Source of the DNA: Gekko japonicus
Taxonomy: Eukaryota
Assembly: GCF_001447785.1 (NCBI RefSeq)
Contig: NW_015163604.1
Span: 1,961,613 to 2,025,285 of the forward strand
DNA: 63,673 bases
Reading direction: 5' to 3'
The notes under the pieces are model-generated. The model was not told where the DNA came from. It was given only the letters and a program-made list of their open reading frames with translations, and did not search any database. A program made the position numbers and the translations under genes. Below are positions 24,045 to 34,927 of this stretch, in pieces (position 1 is the first letter of the stretch; each line of letters starts with the position of its first letter).

Positions 24045-26163
24045 CTTGCAGATATGATGACTACCATGCAGAAGTTGCCAAAAGGCATGGGATTTGTATA
24101 GGCACTCCATTTGGATGCTATAACATTGAAAAGCCTCTTTGCTCATGTGCAAACACCTTACACATTAATTTGCACATAAATGTGCTAGTGCACACTTGAA
24201 ACATCTGTCTTTATGCCAGGCTTACACAGTGCTTTTTGTAGACTTTGTAATGTTTACATTTTCTCTGAGACTACAGCCCTAAGTTCTTGGAGTGGGAAGC
24301 AGCTTTTACTGTAATTAAAAGAATTTTGGATTTTGAATATACATGGGACAATCTTGTCAACAAAGCTAACTTTAAAATTTTTAAAAACAAAACAAAAAAA
24401 AACAAAAAGACAGGCAGGCAGACATATTGTGTTTGATATAATTTTTACAATGTGCTTTTGTTTGTCAGTTTATCTAACATGCAGATCACAGATTTATCTG
24501 TAAAGGAATACTGGCTGATGTTCTGTGAACTGTTAATATAGATTCTATTGCTGCTCTGGAAATGTTAGTATCTCTCTTCTCCACGCAATATTAGTAATGA
24601 ACAAAACTCATGTAGGTGGAGGCCCTGGGCTGCACCCATCAGTAACAGTGTCAAATATAAAGGCTGCTTAGGCAAGCTGTGTCTTGGTTATTGCAGAAGA
24701 AAGCCTGTCAGTGGCTGATTTGATATATTTGAGATTGTTCTGATACTAGTGGTTTTCTTGGCTTCCATGGTGTAAGACACAAAGGGTGCCTCTGGTTGTG
24801 TTTCCCAACCCAATTTGAGAAACACACGACACAGTCCTATAGAGAGGAATTCACTAGAATATTTATTAATTAATAAAGGAAGAGTACAGATCTCAAGGTT
24901 TTGGAACCTTGAATACCCAATAGACTCTTCGAGTGTTACAATGGGTGACATAGGATTTTATACCCAAGATGACACACACAAATAAAACAAGATCATTGGT
25001 TCCATCAAACATCAGCACTTTGACCTTACAGATCTCTGACTGGCAGAAAAGCTTTTGGGCTAGGCTTTCCCAAGAAAAGTTTTTTCTCTTTAGTTAAACA
25101 ATGAGCACTTTTTCCTTCTTAGGCTATGTAGCTCTAAAAGTATCCCTATAGGTACAGGGTAGTATTGTTCTTTATTCAGCTAGGCAGACATGCGCAGTTA
25201 GGCTGGGCTGTCAAGGCCGAAAGCCTCAGCAAAGATGGCAAGTTAACATTTTGTTCTTTCAGCATTTTACCCTCCCAAACAACAGTCACAACTGAACCAA
25301 AGTTAATACCTGAATATATTCATGATGTTAGACTCATAAATGGCACTTAACATATGCACCATGGAAGTGCTAAGTGCACCCACCAAGTCAAACCTGTTAG
25401 TCAGTGGCAGAGTATAAAGTGATTCATAAACTGTGTGTACAACAATGATAACAAAGATATGCTCCATACTACTTTCATCAGTTGTGAATATTAGAAGAAT
25501 TTGTGTCATAAGGAGACATGTAGGGCATTTCTCTGGGAAACATTCAGTTTGGATCGCTAGTTGTACCAATTGATCTAAGTAACTTGTTGCAATTTAATAT
25601 TGTGATGATGAAACCAATGTCCTGGAGCAAAGATGACTTATTTATCTGCTTGTTTATTTATGTGCTTATTTGTCTGTTGCAAGCACATTCATCCAAGAAG
25701 ACTGGAATGGTACAATATTTATGGGTTCAAAAATCAGGTTTTAAGCCATTTCTTGTTCTGGTAATCAACTTTAATGTGAAAAGCAACTAATCTATCTTGT
25801 ACAACCGTGTTTATGCCATGTTCTGGATCTGAGATCTTGTGAGGACAAGTCCACAAGTTACCAGTTCCATAATATAAGGGAATGCCTCTAAATTATAAAT
25901 TATATCACTACAAATGTTATGTCTAGGGCATTCCATTTTATCAAACAAAGACAAAAAAGGGGAAAAATAAAACTCAACCCAAAGTGTACTGAAGATGCTA
26001 CTAGGGTCAGGCTACAACAGATAAAATATAATCAAAATAAGTATTTATTATATGGTGTACACAATAATAAAATTAAAAACATAGGGCCCGAATATCAGGC
26101 TGCAGTAAGAATAAGAGCAAGCTTTATATAAGCTGTAATACTGCCCAAACACACTTGATGATT

Positions 26164-26430
26164 CAGTTTGGTGTAGTGGTTAAGTGCACAGACTCTAATC
26201 TGAGAGAACCGGGTTTGATTCCCCACTCTTCCACTTTTACCTGTCGGATGACCTAGGGCAAGCCATAGTTCTGACAAGAGCTGTCCTTGACAGGGCAGTT
26301 CTGGAAAGAGCTCTCTCAGCCCCACCTACCTCACAGGGTGTCTGTTGTGGGGAGGGGAAGGGAAAGGAGTTTGTAAGCCGCTCTGAGACTCTGAGTGAAG
26401 GGCGGGGTATAAATCCAATCTCTTCTTCTT
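26164..26430 (+). mobile_element. tRNA-derived SINE (Squam3-like)
   Basis: A box tggtgtagtgg, B box ggtttgattcc, L2-like end gggcggggtataaatcc and (TTC)n tail. Confidence 0.85.
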
Positions 26431-27159
26431 CGACCAACCATAAGCGTTTCGTCCTCAGTGGTCAATAATACACACTTTTACACCTGGGTTGTTTGCAGGT
26501 TTGAATGCTCTTAGGTTTAATTGTTCATTTATATAATATTTAGCTCATATATAATTTTTGCTTTATAGATTATAACATCAATGAAGAGCTTTGTGTGAGT
26601 GCAGTTACCATGTGAAGAAATCCATGGCCTGAAACTTACACCATAGTGCACAATATATGAGGTAGAAATTTTTCTGTATTTTTGTGCTTTTTTAAAAAAT
26701 TAGTACAGTATACTAATGTTAATTATTGTAAAAAATTGATTTTTTCTCTTTTTTCCATTTCTATCTCTACATAACAGAATCTGGTCAGAATTGATATATA
26801 GCAGTTTATGGATGAGTGGTTTGTCTTTTTGTAAAAGTGTGTATTATTGACCACTAAGGAAGTTGCCTGTGGCCAAAACACATATAGTCTTGTGTTGGTC
26901 ATTTGATATGTTCATCAACTGTGTTTGGAAATATTAGAACTTCTATAAAGCTTGCTTATATAAGTAACCTATTAAGCAAAACACAGATTAACAGCCATGC
27001 ATAGTGGCTAGTTGGAGGTTTGATGAACCTCCTGGCTTTTTTGCAGCCTGAAAGGGTGAGGCTGGGGACCAGAGCACCTGGCATGTCACAGTATTTCTGT
27101 CAATCTATTCTTAGTTTGGTAAAAGAAAGTTGTGCAGGTTTGGATCAGGGTTTGTAAAA

Positions 27160-27423
27160 GCCAGTTTGGTGTAGTGGTTAAGAATGGTGGACTGTAATCT
27201 GGAGAACCGGGTTTGTTTCCCCACTCCTCCACATGAAGCCAGCCAGGTGACCTTGGTTCAGTCACAAGTTCTCTCAGAGCTGTTCTCTCAAGAGCAGTTC
27301 TCTCAGAGCTCTTTCAGCCCCACCTCCCTCACAGAGTGTCTGTTGTGGAGAGAGGAAGGGATTGTAACACTATGAGACTCAAAGTGGAGGGCGAGGTATA
27401 AATCTAATCTCCTCCTCCTCCTT
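27160..27423 (+). mobile_element. tRNA-derived SINE (Squam3-like)
   Basis: Same structure as 26164-26430. Confidence 0.85.
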
Positions 27424-27642
27424 CGTATAGGGGTAATATCTCGTTAAGGACAACTTCAGTTTGGTATTGTTCTACTTACTTTCTGATTGTTGAGAGCTCT
27501 GCTGTGCTGTAGGGTGCATATGCCTTAGGGAAAGGGCCATGGGTCAGTGGTAGAATATCTGCTTGGCATGCTTGGCATCCCAGATTCAACTGCTAATCAG
27601 AGTAGACAATACTAACCTTGGTAGAACAGTGGTCTGACTCAG

Positions 27643-27906
27643 GAGCTGTGTTCACATGTTACAGCGAACACACATACAACCTGCATATATGTGCACATAC
27701 CTGCTTGTAAGAAAAAGCCACCGCCTATTTGCTTTACAAATGAAACTGGGGATCAGTAAATGGATAAATGTGGGGTTTCAATCACATGTTCAGCTGTATG
27801 TGTGTTGAATGCAACACAGGAATTACTCAATACACATACAAAGGTCAATCAAGTGTATAATGTATACGGATTGTCCATGTGTTCACTGTAGATTGTGAAG
27901 AGGGCT
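27643..27906. mobile_element. Palindromic MITE (second copy at about 47428-47678)
   Basis: Inverted ends tgttcacatgttacagcgaacac / gtgttcactgtagattgtgaaga; a homologous copy sits in an NMD3 intron. Confidence 0.65.
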
Positions 27907-28231
27907 TGTATATGGCAGTTTTGCGTGTTCATGAGTGTGTGGCTGTGGCTTTCTCTTGAACAGTTTGTGCTGTATCTTTCTGCAAGTCACCTTCTTGTGG
28001 GAACATGTTACAAAGTGATTTGAAATGTCTGGGAGGGAAGGGCAGAGCTGGGTGGCCAGTAGACTGGATGATCCCACAAGTCTATATATTGATGCAAGGC
28101 TTGAAGGCAAGGGTGGCTTTATAAATTTTAAAAAACCTTGCAGTAAGAGAAACGGGGGGCAATTACAGGCCATGCCAGTAAGGGGAACAGGGGTCCTTTA
28201 ACATACACCTTGACTCGTTGAATCTTGACGG

Positions 28232-28770
28232 CATACCTGAGGGACCGTCTTTCCCCATATAGGCCCCAAAGAGCACTTCGGTCAGGGTCACAATTCCATC
28301 TGGTGACCCCGGGCCCTAAAGAGGCCAGGCTAGCTACCACGAGGGCCAGGTCCTTTTCGGTGGCGGCTCCTACCTGGTGGAATGAGCTCCCGGAGGAGAT
28401 CAGGGCTCTGCGGGACCTTTTACAGTTCCGCAGAGCCTGCAAGACGGAGCTCTTCCGCCAGGCTTTCGAGTAGGAGCCGCCGCCGCCACTACCACCACCG
28501 CATAATTGTGGAGCAGGACCGCCGGGTTGGGCTGATGAAGTGGAACATCGTGGCTCATGGCGTCCCTCTTCTGACCTCAGACCCCCTCCTGATATCCAAT
28601 GGAGAATATGTAATTTTAGCCTTTCATGTATCCAGTGAGCTGTGAATGTTTTAGCTTAGTTGTTTTAATCTATTTATTTTTATTGCACTTGTGCCTTGTA
28701 AGCCGCCCTGAGCCTGTGTGTGGGGAGGGTGGGATATAAATGGAATGAAATAAATAATAAATAAATAAAT
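28232..28770 (+). mobile_element. L2 LINE 3' end (young, CpG-rich)
   Basis: YLRDRLSPYRPQRALRS...ELFRQAFE; (AAAT)n tail. Confidence 0.9.
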
Positions 28771-31554
28771 CTATACCTACAGTTCTGATGCTTCAGTTTC
28801 ACTGCCTAAATTATACTGTTTGTAGACTTTTTTGCTTCATCCAGTTTCTCTCCACATTCATAAGAATCTTCTTTTTCTGGAACAAAACTTCCTTCCAGAC
28901 GCATGGTAAACTTATCAATCATTCTTTTTTTTCCATACTGAAAAACAGGATCAGCACAAAGAAACCACAGGCCACCAATTAAGCATGCCTGCTTGAGTAT
29001 TCCTCAGTTTGTGTGAGATAGGATTGCTGACTCCTGTTTGGGGATTTGGTGGGTAGTGCATAGGAAAGGCAGAATTTGGAGGGGCATAATGGCGAGAAGC
29101 AGCTATTTTATCCAGGGGTGCTGATCTCTGTAGTTTGACAATGAGTAGTAATTCTGGGAGATCTTCAGGTCCCACTTAGAGGCTGGCAACCTGTGTATAT
29201 GTTTTGAAAGAGAGATGTATAATGTAAATCAAGTGTCGTTTCCCCTCAGAATTCATTTTGGAGTCACTGCATACATTCAGGTACAGGGAATCAATCCAGC
29301 CATCTTGAAACTGGCAAAGCTGGATTGCTGACTGCTTGCCATGTCCTAAGAAACATTGCTCTCTCTTTCTAAAAAGGAATGATACTCCTCCCCTTTCTAA
29401 CAAAATGTCCATACACTGAGGTAGATTTCTCCTCAGTCCAGGAATTTCGCAACAGCCTGGCAGAGCCCAGGACATTGCTTGTAGATGAGACATGTGACTC
29501 TGAACGGCTCTTTCCGATTGGACAGCAACCTCCAGATCCAGCCATACATTTTATAACTAGCTCAAGCCAGTTTTGCCTTAACATTGTCTGACTGTGCCAG
29601 GCCCATTGTCTGATTTAAAGGTACAGACTATAGAGTGAGCCCCTCCCCCAGCAACAATCAAAAGCTTCAGGCCTACTTGAAAGTTTTACCTTTCCTGACC
29701 AGAGAAGATCTTCAGGTATGTATAATGGAGATGTGTGTGCATGGGGGAGAGGTGACGGGGGGGGGGGAGGCACTTTGCACATGCTCAGGGTCACTGCTGG
29801 AAAGTAGTATGATTTTTAGATGTCAGGAATTGGAACAGAATGTGGGATAAACTAGTCAACACTGAAGTCTCTCTTCTCCCCTCAGATAATCTATCTTGTT
29901 CTCACTTTTGCCTTTGGCAGCAAAAAATGTAAAAGATATTTAGACACCCCATTTCAAGCTTATTTTTTAGCAGTGATGTAAATTCAAGAAGGGGTTAGTT
30001 CACAGCCAGGTTAAAGGGCCTGGTCTTGGGATTGCAGGGATTTATATTGCCAAAAAAGCAATATGTTTCTGTGGATTTTTTAATCCTGCAAAATAATCAG
30101 TAGTATGGGTGTTTTCAGTCACATGTGGTGACCATCTACTTTGGTGACATTCTTCTTTAGGTGAATGGTGTTTTATATAAAAAGGTGTGTGTGTGTGTGT
30201 GTAAACTGAATTGTGCTTAGCCACACCAAGATTTAAAACAGAAGACAACAAAGATTAAAACACAGATTAAAAGTGGGAGCAAGTATTGGCCCAACAGATG
30301 AGGTTATAAACTTTTTACAGCTAAGAAAAGAGATGAAAATGAAATACAGATAAAATCTAACACTAATTGTGCAGTCCTAAACAGAGTTATATCCTTCTAA
30401 TCCCTTTGACTCCAATAGCATTAGAGTGCTCAGCATTGCACTGTAAATGGCTTGCCATTACTCCTCCATGTGTCTCTTTCTCATCATCTAATTTTCTATT
30501 TTCTTCCTTCCCTTCAAGCCAAAACTTGTATCTCCTCCTTTGCAGTTTACTCCTGCACTACTACCCTTCTATCGTCTTCTATTCCATAAATTCTGTTCTA
30601 TGAATAGTTTGCCATAGAATTGCCAATTCCGGGTTAGGAGATCCCTGGAGATTTGGGGTGGATCTTGGGGATGGCACAGTTTAGGGAGGGGAGGGAACTT
30701 TGGACAGTATAATGCCGTAGACTGCAGCCCCCAAAGCAGCCATTTTCTCCAGGAAATCTCCGGGCCAGGATGAAAATGTAATAAGTACAGAAATCAATCT
30801 GATGGCAGCTGCAGTCCTAAATATATATTTTTTAAATATTTATTTTTTTAATTGTTTTACACAAATTTTACATATTATCTTTTAACCATGCGTTTACATA
30901 GTAGTTTTTCCCCTCCCCCCTATGCTATCCCGGTGCTTTAGTCCTATATTCCCAGCCACGGGCAGCTGCAGTCCTACTTTGAAAAAGCACCTTCCTGGGA
31001 ATGAGCCCTAATGAATACAGCAGGACTTTCTTTTGATGCCTGCTCAGGATTGTTCCCTGAGAGCTTCAGCATACATCCTTTCTGCAAAACAATTTTGCAA
31101 CTTGCTTTCTGGCTCACACGTGGCTGTACTAGTCATGTTGTGGCTTCAAAGGAAACAAACCGGCACCTGTGCTTGATTGCTGGGAGTGATTCTCATTTAC
31201 TGCAGATGACCAGATAGATGACTATTTAGGTGTGTGAAAATTCCCTTTTTCTATATAAAGTTTTATTGTCCTTCATTCCAGCTGAGTAGTTCTAGTATTC
31301 ATAGTACACCATAGGTGTGCAGCAAGGGGGACTTGCTGCTGTGTTGAATGGAACCGTAAATTGCCATTTTACTGTATAAAAAGGACTATTGGTTCTGGCT
31401 TTCCTTCGTTGAAAATGATTTGTTATAGAAATAGCCTCACTTTCTGGTTTGTATACAATTCCTTAGCCATCTTGCTTATAAATCTGGACAGCTGTACTGT
31501 ATTGAAACGTTTCCATTTCTCGTACAATTGCTGTGCTTCTCCATTGTTTCCTAG

Positions 31555-31600
31555 GAGTGGTGAGAATGACTAACCTTCATGAAGTCATAACTGGATACAG
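31555..31600 (+). other. Candidate upstream exon of SPTSSB (46 nt)
   Basis: Pyrimidine tract tgcttctccattgtttcctAG before it and donor CAG|GTAATA after it. ATG at 31566 is in frame with the CDS if spliced to 34300. Confidence 0.35.
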
Positions 31601-32948
31601 GTAATAAAGAATGAGTTACTAATGTGAAGTTGGCTTGCACAAAGCACATGGAGCATTTATGAACATCTGCCAATTAATTTGGTCTGTAGGTATAAATGCA
31701 CAACTTCTCCTGTTTGATAAACCTTTTGTGTCTTTGCTTATATGTAGCAGGAAACATTAAAGGATGGATCCCATGGATCTGTTTTGCTAGAAAGCAGGGG
31801 CGCTTTCCTTTGGCACCAGTAGCCTTCCTTCTGATGTATGAAGCCTCTTGTGGGAAGGCTCCTTACACCAAAGGAAAGCGCCCCTGCTAGTGGGCTGGAT
31901 CCACAGGATCTAACCCAAGGCTGATATATGAATACCCATCTTACAATGCATTCTATCATATATTTTACAACACATCTGTCCCTGAGGCTTGCTATGGATG
32001 GGTCTACAAAGAGCATATTGCACGGAATGTACTTTTTAGTAAACCTATTCACACAGCATCTACACTTCTGCTGTGATGTGTCAGCATACAACTAGAAGTG
32101 CAGGAAGTAATGAGGATGATGACATTTGAGTGACGTTTTGCCATAGAGACAATAGCATATTAAATTGACGTCTAACCCTGAATGTCTAGTATCAAAATTA
32201 AAGGTGCCACTTGGATGACACAACCGTGATAAATGCAGGAAGTCACCCTGTTCCCATTATCTCTATGATAGAAGACTTTTTTGCCTGGCATGAGACAGAC
32301 CCTGAATGGCTGGATTCGAATGGAATCCAGAAATGGCAATCTGATTTAAGTGGGACCAGAATAGCTCTCATAACTTTCCTCATATAGATTCTGCCAACTG
32401 TGCTGACCCTGTTTGCCTTGGTGCCACATGGGGGTTGAAATATTGTCAGGGACTCTTGGTTAAACTCTTGGTTCTTTAATGTAGCTAGTTTGATGTATGA
32501 TAAGGTAATACAGAATCCTAAAACAGGTATTGTTATGTCCTTTAGACTTTAGTGACCTTTCAACACCTCAGTAACTGGCCTCAAGTTATAGAGGTGCAAA
32601 TAAACTAGGCAGCATAGCCTTTAATGGCCTGGGGCATGAACAAATCCGCTTTGTATGCAAACAAAGCTGCTGTATTCACTTTGCTTGCAAAAAATGTGCA
32701 CTAGTATTGCCTGTGCCCTTCACGTTTCATTACGATTTCACACTTAACTAAAAACATAGGGTTGAGTCCAACCAGCTCTTCAGCTGGTGACAGAGGAGGG
32801 ACCATGAAAAAAGACTGGCCATCTGGGACAGAGGCTGTAGTCAGAAGAGGAATTGGGGGGGGGGGAGAAACTGATTGGATACAACTCATGTCTCACTGAG
32901 GAAACACTGGTGCCATATTAATTTACACGTCTAAGCTGTGCTGATTTG

Positions 32949-33555
32949 GGCTGCTGTCACACACACTAAATAATCCACTTTCATTCCACTTTCAGTGCAC
33001 TTTCCAACTGGATTTTTACTGTGTGAACTGGCAAAATACAGTTGGAAAGTACATTGAAAGTGGATTATTTCGGCTGAGTTCAGACTGGCAGTTTGAAGCG
33101 GGAGGGAGTCGTGGCAAAAAAGAGCCGGAACAAACTGTTCCAGGTTTTCCCTTTCACACTGCAGCGACTGATGCGGGAGCATACCGGGAGGAGGCGCAAG
33201 GGAGTGTTCACACTGTTGGCCCGGAGGCATGGCTGTGAGGCGCAGCTTTCTTTTTTTGTAATCTGGAGATATGTGCCGGAGCGCATGAGCGCACAAGAAA
33301 AATGCGGCTTTTGGCGTTCACACTTTGTTGGTGCGGGATAATCGCGCTTTCCAGGGTTTGCTCCCACTTTCACCAGGTATCTTTTAAACTCAGGAGCGAA
33401 GCGTTACAAGATGGGTTGAATACGGGTGTGGAACGCCGGACAGATGTGCCTGTGTGAACGGCCCATTTAATCCAGTTATGGAACGTTTCTGAAACGTGTG
33501 TATATCGGGGCAAACTGCCAGTCTGAACTCGGCCTTAGAGTGTGTGACCGCAGCC
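32949..33555. mobile_element. Nested PIF/Harbinger-like palindromic MITEs (inner element 33072-33534)
   Basis: Inner 24-bp TIRs ggctgagttcagactggcagtttg / caaactgccagtctgaactcggcc with 3-bp flanks ttc / tta. Outer TIRs ggctgctgtcacacac / gtgtgtgaccgcagcc. Confidence 0.8.
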
Positions 33556-33763
33556 TTTTTTTGTTTATGGGGGGGAGGACTGCCTTAAACTGGCTTTTCA
33601 CATAAATTGTTATCCATTTCTTCTTTCTGTTTATGTGTTCCATCTCAGTTTTGTTCTTAGAGGGCCAGTTGGTGGGAGGGCAACTAATTGAGTGTGGCAG
33701 TTCAAAAATAGAGTTCTTAGATGTTTTTGCACTGGCTATAGATCACCATCCTAGCATTGGCAT

Positions 33764-33969
33764 CAGTGTTCCCTCTAAGCTGAGTTAGTGTGAGCTAGCT
33801 CACAGTTTTTGAGCCTCTGGCTCACACATTTTTGTCTTGGCTCAGGAAGGATGGCTCTAGAGCAAACTAGTTTATCCAGCAGCCAAATCTCTTGCTTACA
33901 ACTTTAATGCCAGTAGCTCACAAAGTAGAATTTTTGCTCACAAGAGTCCACAGCTTAGAGGGAACATTG
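33764..33969. mobile_element. hAT MITE (CARTGTTCCCTC family)
   Basis: Perfect TSD attggcat. Confidence 0.92.
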
Positions 33970-34324
33970 ATTGGCATGTGTCTTTATTTGTCAAAGTATT
34001 GGAGAATCCAAAAGCCCCTGTCTAGTTGATGGGAATTCATCGGGCCCCCATTAACAGGAAATACCCAGAACCAAAGAATCTCAGCTATGTCAGGAGATCA
34101 GTTTGTAGCACTCTGTAAACTTTGTAAATCTTTGCTTGAGTTCAGTTCTCAGTCTAGCTTTTGTAGTGGCTGGTTCTGATGAATTGTGCTCACTGTATAT
34201 TATTGGTAGTAACATTTTTTTAAAAACCCAAACAATGTTCTACCTTACTCTTTCCTCAGCTTGGTTTAAACTTTCTTTCATACTTTGTTGATGTTATAGG
34301 ACAAACTTCCAGAAGCAACGATTA

Positions 34325-34546
34325 ATGGCGATGAAAGCAGCAAAGCGTATAAAGGATTCTTGTTACTGGTTTTATTTTCAGTACCTGCTGATCAGCTGCT
34401 GTGTTGACCTGGAGCCCTGGGAACAAATAGTGATACATGTTTTTTCTGCCACTACTATTACCATGTTGGTCTTCACAGCTTATGTGTTCATTCCAATCCA
34501 TTTACGTCTGGCTTTTAGGTTCTTCCTGCAGCTACTGGTCAAGTAG
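34325..34546 (+). CDS. SPTSSB: Serine palmitoyltransferase small subunit B-like protein (73 aa, single coding exon)
   Basis: ORF MAMKAAKRIKDSCYWFYFQYLLISCCVDLEPWEQ...MLVFTAYVFIPIHLRLAF carries the ssSPT motifs W-x-Y-x-QY, ISCC-x-x-LEPWE and TAYVFIPIH-x-RLA typical of SPTSSB. Acceptor ttatag at 34298-34299 precedes it. It lies tail-to-tail with NMD3, as SPTSSB does in other amniotes. Orthologue versus divergent paralogue is unresolved. Confidence 0.88.
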   Translation: MAMKAAKRIKDSCYWFYFQYLLISCCVDLEPWEQIVIHVFSATTITMLVFTAYVFIPIHLRLAFRFFLQLLVK

Positions 34547-34921
34547 CCAGAGACAACAGTTCTCAGTGTTTGCCATGATGGTCCTGGGGGTTCTCTATGT
34601 AATTTTGATGTGTTTGTGTAAATAGAGTTATTTAGAAGTCTGAGCCTGTTTCCCACCCTTTGTAGTCCCTTGGAAATTGCTAATTTTGACAACAGATTTT
34701 TGCAACAGTGAGTCATGGCGGCAGGAAGGAAGCCACAAGTCACTAGTCTTCCACCATTTTATTTAAAAAAATTACCCACAGAATTGTTATGGGTAGAAAT
34801 TCCAACCGTCACTGATGTAACATGGGAATAGGGAAGTTCTATTGCGGCCCAACTAAACTTAATGGTCTTTCTTTGAGCCTACCGAAGTAGTAACAAAAAA
34901 AACTGTGCGGGAGTTTGTGCT

Positions 34922-34927
34922 AATAAA
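34922..34927 (+). terminator. Candidate SPTSSB polyadenylation signal
   Basis: AATAAA about 375 nt after the stop codon; no transcript evidence. Confidence 0.4.

Noticed and set aside
29610-29721. Possible SPTSSB 5' UTR exon ending at CAG|GTATGT (29715)
   Set aside because: Good donor but no convincing acceptor or promoter; cannot be supported without transcripts.
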